From assembly GCA_965205015.1 (NCBI GenBank), contig OZ242029.1, forward strand, positions 320,001 through 384,000: a stretch of 64,000 nucleotides of DNA. Reading direction: 5' to 3'. A model generated the notes under the pieces. It was not told where the DNA came from, did no database searches, and worked only from the letters and a program-made list of their open reading frames with translations. A program made the translations under genes and the position numbers. How positions within the stretch are numbered: the stretch's first letter is position 1; each line of letters starts with the position of its first letter. The stretch comes from Candidatus Poribacteria bacterium. Its GTDB lineage: Bacteria; Poribacteria; WGA-4E; WGA-3G. Shown piece after piece: positions 59,433 through 64,000 of the stretch.

Positions 59433-60539
59433 ATGAAACCGTATATCAATCTTTTCACAGGTATCTGCCTCAGCATCGCTATCGTTTTCCTCAGTGGCAT
59501 GGGTGGATGTAATACAGAAGACGAGGTAGAACCAGTCGCTTTCGTCTCAGCGACTCCCCCGGATGGCAGCACGATCCAGGAAGATGCGACGATAACCGTC
59601 ACTTTTGACGGCACCCCCACAGGGTTGAGCGTGTCAGGTGGACAATCTTCAGTCCCTGGAACCAATGTGAGGATAACGGGTCCATTTACACCGGGTCCCC
59701 TGGCGCTCCATCTGTCTTGGGCAGACGGTGTGGTATCACTCACGTACACCGTGGAAGCCGACATCCCACCCGCTCCCGAAGGCATGGTGCTGATTCCCGC
59801 AGGCGAATTTGAGATGGGCAGCGAGGATGCCGAGGCACTCCCACGTGAACAGCCGGTTCATACCGTCTATGTAGATGCGTTCTATATGGACGCGTATGAG
59901 GTGACGAATCTGGATTACAAGAAGTTTGTGCTTGCCAACCCACAGTGGCAAAAAGATCGAATTCCGAGGGCACTCCACGATGGTGAGTACCTGAAACATT
60001 GGAACGGTAACGACTATCCTGCGGGGAAGGCGAATCATCCTGTGACGTATGTGAGTTGGTATGCGGCAATGGCTTACACCGAGTGGGCAGGGAAGCGTCT
60101 GCCGACGGAGGCGGAATGGGAGAAAGCAGCGCGTGGCGGCAAGGCAGGCTTGAAGTATCCGTGGGGAAACACGATATCCAGCGGTCGTGCGAACTACGTT
60201 AAAAATGTAGGGGACACGACGCGTGTCGGGCGGTATTCAGCGAACGGTTATGGTCTGTATGATATGAGTGGCAACGTCTGGGAATGGTGTCTGGATGCGT
60301 ATGACGAGAACTTCTATTTTTCGTCTCCGCGTCAGAACCCCTTGAGTGACGTGAATACGCTGGGGAATGCGAACTTAATTATAGACGACTATACAAATGT
60401 GAAGTCACGCCGCGTGCTGCGTGGCGGCGGCTGGAGCAATATAGCTTCGGACGTGCGGGTCGCCTCTCGCATCAACACTAGGCCAGCGAGTGCGGGCTCC
60501 GACGTCGGGTTTCGTTGTGCGAGGTCTGTATCCCCTTAA
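59433..60539 (+). CDS. FGE-sulfatase domain lipoprotein, copy 2
   Basis: Close paralog of 55420-56547; AAGGAG RBS. Confidence 0.92.
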   Translation: MKPYINLFTGICLSIAIVFLSGMGGCNTEDEVEPVAFVSATPPDGSTIQEDATITVTFDGTPTGLSVSGGQSSVPGTNVRITGPFTPGPLALHLSWADGVVSLTYTVEADIPPAPEGMVLIPAGEFEMGSEDAEALPREQPVHTVYVDAFYMDAYEVTNLDYKKFVLANPQWQKDRIPRALHDGEYLKHWNGNDYPAGKANHPVTYVSWYAAMAYTEWAGKRLPTEAEWEKAARGGKAGLKYPWGNTISSGRANYVKNVGDTTRVGRYSANGYGLYDMSGNVWEWCLDAYDENFYFSSPRQNPLSDVNTLGNANLIIDDYTNVKSRRVLRGGGWSNIASDVRVASRINTRPASAGSDVGFRCARSVSP

Positions 60540-60563
60540 CTCTTAACAATTTAACGCCTTCTA

Positions 60564-61809
60564 GTAGTCGTTCAATGTTGAGTTTGTAATAAAGTTGTTG
60601 ACTTTTTTGGATGTTCTCTGATATATTCTTGCTATGATTTGAATCTTATCTCAAAGAAGTCTATGATGAGAAAACAAAAACATAAAGTTGAACTGACGTC
60701 TGAAGAACGTCAGACGCTCGAAATGTTAGTTCGCAAAGGTAAACACAGTGCGCTGAAACTCACGCGTGCCCATATCTTACTCAAGGCAGATAGCAACGGT
60801 CCGGGGTGGACGGATACGCAAATCGCCGAAGCGTTTGGCTGCCACGAGCAAACCGCCTTCAATGTTCGCAAACGCTTTGCGACGGGCGGGAGACTTTCAG
60901 CCTTGGAACGCAAACCCCAAAGTCGACCGTCTCACCTGCGGAAACTTGACGGTTGCGGTGAAGCGCGTCTGATCGCCTTGGCGTGTAGCGATCCCCCGAA
61001 AGGGTTCTCTCAGTGGACGCTGCGCCTACTCGCCGATGAACTTGTTGAACTTCAGATTGTTGAAAGTATCTCTATCGAAACTGTTCGACAGACGCTAAAA
61101 AAAACGCCTTGCGTCCGCATCGGCAGCAGTACTGGGTGATCCCGCCGGATGAAGATGCTGACTTCGTTGCGGCGATGGAGCAGGTCTTAGAGGTTTACGA
61201 GCGTCCTGAAAACACAGCATTTCCGGTGGTTGCTATGGATGAACGTCCCGTGCAGTTGGTCAAAGACATGCGGTCGCCTATCCCTGCGAAACCCGGACGC
61301 ATCGCCCGCCGAGATTATGAGTATAAGCGCATTGACGTGGTTTCTGCTTTCTTATTTACCACCCCCCTTCAAGCGTGGCGGCGCGTCTCAGTGCGAGAGC
61401 GTCGCACTGCCATAGATTGGGCGGAGGAAGTCAAATATCTTTTAGACGCAGTTTATCCCAATGCTCAGCGAGTGACATTGGTGTGTGATAATCTCAATAC
61501 ACACAGACTCACCTCTTTGTATAAAGCGTTTCCTGCTGAAGAGGCACTTCACTTGGATTCACGCTTAGAGTTAGTTCACACACCGAAGCATGGGAGTTGG
61601 TTGAACATTGCCGAGATTGAACTCAGTGTGTTTTCGAGACAGTGTCTGAACCGACGGATCCCTGACTTAGAAACACTTCGGTCAGAAGCAGAAGCTTGGC
61701 AGCAGCATCGCAATGAGAACGCAGGGCGCGTCGACTGGCACTTTAGGACACAGGACGCACGCATCAAACTCAAAAGACTATACCCGCAAACTCAACATTG
61801 AACGCCCCC
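60564..61809 (+). mobile_element. IS630-family IS, copy 1
   Basis: IR gtagtcgttcaatgttgagtttg / caaactcaacattgaacgccccc; TA (within CTAG) at both ends. Confidence 0.9.
60663..61801 (+). CDS. IS630 transposase (-1 frameshift at the A8 run near 61097-61104)
   Basis: HTH ORF plus DDE ORF: AMDE, VCDNLNTH, SWLNIAEIE. Confidence 0.9.
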
Positions 61810-61811
61810 TA

Positions 61812-63056
61812 GTAGTCGTTCAATGTTGAGTTTGTAATAAAGTTGTTGACTTTTTTGGATGTTTGCTGATATATTCTTCCTACGATTTGAATCTTATCTT
61901 AAGAAGTCTGTGATGAGAAAACAAAAACATAAAGTTGAACTGACGTCTGAAGAACGTCAGACGCTCGAAACGTTAGTTCGCAAAGGTAAACACAGTGCGC
62001 TGAAACTCACGCGTGCCCATATCTTACTCAAGGCAGATAGCAACGGTCCGGGGTGGACGGATACGCAAATCGCCGAAGCGTTTGGCTGCCACGAGCAAAC
62101 CGCCTTCAATGTTCGCAAACGCTTTGCGACGGGTGGGAGACTCTCAGCCTTGGAACGCAAACCCCAAAGTCGACCGTCTCACCTGCGGAAACTTGACGGT
62201 TGCGGTGAAGCGCGTCTGATTGCCTTGGCGTGTAGCGATCCCCCGAAAGGGTTCTCTCAGTGGACGCTGCGCCTGCTCGCCGATGAACTTGTTGAACTTC
62301 AGATTGTTGAAAGTATCTCTATCGAAACTGTTCAACAGACGCTAAAAAAAACGCCTTACGTCCGCATCGGCAGCAGTACTGGGTGATCCCGCCGGATGAA
62401 GATGCTGACTTCGTTGCGGCGATGGAGCAGGTCTTAGAGGTTTACGAGCGTCCCAAAGACAAAGCATTTCCGGTGGTTGCTATGGATGAACGTCCCGTGC
62501 AGTTGGTCAAAGACATGCGGTCTCCTATCGCTGCGAAACCCGGACGCATCGCCCGCCGAGATTATGAGTATAAGCGCATTGACGTGGTTTCTGCTTTCTT
62601 ATTTACCACCGCCCTTCAAGCGTGGCGGCGGGTCTCCGTGCGAGAGCGTCGCACTGCCATAGATTGGGCGGAGGAAGTCAAATATCTTTTAGACGAAGTG
62701 TATCCCGAGGCACAGCGAGTGATGTTAGTTTGTGATAATCTCAATATACATACGATCAAGTCTTTCTATAAAGCGTTCTGTGCCGAGGAGGCACTTCGGT
62801 TGTCTTCACGGTTAGAGTTGGTGCACACGCCGAAACACGGGAGTTGGTTGAACATCGCAGAGATAGAACTCAGTGTCTTCTCTCGGCAGTGTCTGAACCG
62901 GCGGATCCCTGACTTAGAAACACTTCGGTCAGAAGCAGAAGCCTGGCAGGCACATCGAAATCAGACGGCAAACCGAGTGGACTGGCAATTTACAGCTGAC
63001 GACGCACGCATCAAACTCAAAAGACTATACCCGCAAACTCAACATTGAACGACTAC
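61812..63056 (+). mobile_element. IS630-family IS, copy 2, head-to-tail with copy 1
   Basis: Shares TA 61810-61811; perfect IR ending caaactcaacattgaacgactac, then TA at 63057. Confidence 0.9.
61913..63048 (+). CDS. IS630 transposase (-1 frameshift)
   Basis: Same layout as copy 1, with clustered substitutions in the DDE half. Confidence 0.9.
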
Positions 63057-63281
63057 TAGTAGTAAACAACAAGCTTATGAGGGTGAGATGTGGTGGTTGC
63101 CTTTGAGTGATAAATCGCGAGGTAGACTGAATTTCAACGCTTTCTCTGGTTTCTTGATCGACAGCGAAGGTGCCCCCTACGATTCCTTACCCACGCTGTT
63201 GTTCCATTAGGAAAAACCTATCTATAGCAAGCGCGCGACACAAGGATTCTACTCGGTTAGCGCATTAGAGGGCTCGAAAAA

Positions 63282-63860
63282 ATGCGATTTAATATGACGT
63301 TTGCATCTGCATTGGTTTTTTTCGTTCCGGGGGCTCTCGTTCTTGCTGGAATATGTCTCATGTTTCCGGAAATTAGAACTTCTATTGGGTCAATCGTCAA
63401 GAACCGTGAAACTGCCGGAACTTTGCTGATAACCGCAATCTGTTTTGTAAGCGGCGTGTTGATTGAATCCTTAAGGTTGATAACGATTGACTTCTTAGTT
63501 CGCTGCATAGTGGGAAAGTGGAGAGAAAGGAAGTGTCGTGCTATACGACCGAGTGATTATGTTTCCAAACTCACAGCGGATAATTTAGCAGTATTTACAT
63601 TGTTAATTGATCGCACCTATGAATACTATCGCTTGAATGCTAACGTTACGATTGTTTTTTGTGTCTTTTTGCCGTGCTACATCATCGCTATACACAAGTT
63701 TGGTGTGGCTTTTCGCCTCTTTTTCGTAGTAGGCATAGTTTTCGCTGCGATAATAGTCTTGATAATAGCCTGTGTAGCATATTACCATACACAAGAGGTG
63801 ACTTCTGAATTTGCTGAGGATGCAGACGCGAAGGCACCTAAAAATAAAGGAGATAAATAA
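63282..63860 (+). CDS. Hypothetical multi-pass membrane protein
   Basis: About four hydrophobic segments; 192 aa. Confidence 0.7.
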   Translation: MRFNMTFASALVFFVPGALVLAGICLMFPEIRTSIGSIVKNRETAGTLLITAICFVSGVLIESLRLITIDFLVRCIVGKWRERKCRAIRPSDYVSKLTADNLAVFTLLIDRTYEYYRLNANVTIVFCVFLPCYIIAIHKFGVAFRLFFVVGIVFAAIIVLIIACVAYYHTQEVTSEFAEDADAKAPKNKGDK

Positions 63861-64000
63861 TGTGTTTAGGGATTCCATGCAGGGGCCAACAGATCCGGCT
63901 TTTGCGAAACTTTGAATTACCCAACGGGACAGAGATTATGAGTGGGACAGTAGGAACAGTTGAACAAGAATACCTTGAAGAACGAGAGATCATGGTCGAA
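63860..64000 (+). CDS. Hypothetical protein, 3'-partial
   Basis: AAGGAG RBS, TAATG overlap, MCLGIPCRGQQIRLLRNFELPNG..., open to the window end. Confidence 0.55.
   Translation, partial: MCLGIPCRGQQIRLLRNFELPNGTEIMSGTVGTVEQEYLEEREIMVE

Noticed and set aside
61090-61110. IS630 transposases as frameshifted pseudogenes
   Set aside because: The same A-run slippery site is present in both copies and is typical of programmed -1 frameshifting in IS630.
1-64000. CRISPR array or cas genes
   Set aside because: No run of identical repeats with unique equal-length spacers; the RuvC proteins are about 400-aa TnpB with IS ends.

Overview
Bacterial chromosomal window of mixed housekeeping and accessory DNA. 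The gene repertoire (LamG protein ending KLTTTWADIK, a protein ending in a PNYPNPFNPETWIPY C-terminal domain, FGE-sulfatase lipoproteins, WD40, TPR and Gfo/Idh/MocA proteins, AAA + PD-(D/E)XK protein) suggests Ca. Poribacteria or a similar sponge symbiont; this is inference only. Core genes: assimilatory nitrate reductase (partial), gnd, metH, a heterodimeric ABC exporter, an archaeal-type phosphopantothenate synthetase and a propeller-PP2C phosphatase. Eight IS elements have mappable ends: an IS3 carrying a nested IS4-superfamily element, two apparently identical ISAs1, two tnpB-only IS200/IS605 elements and two head-to-tail IS630. There are also many MITE- and REP-like mini-repeats. No rRNA, tRNA or CRISPR array was seen. 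Main observations: (1) two FGE/C-type-lectin lipoprotein paralogs are about 90% identical in the core but hypervariable without indels in the RGGxW...GFR segment, as expected for DGR targets, with no RT or template repeat in the window; (2) two divergent TnpB elements share a promoter and a covarying structured 5' leader; (3) an intact TnpB element splits a PIN toxin gene that it would be predicted to re-target after excision; (4) a REP-like palindrome sits in-frame inside the archaeal-type CoA enzyme; (5) several mini-elements consist of REP palindromes enclosed by IS-type inverted ends; (6) a GHKL-ATPase/DUF3883 nuclease, a defence candidate, borders a decayed AT-rich island.
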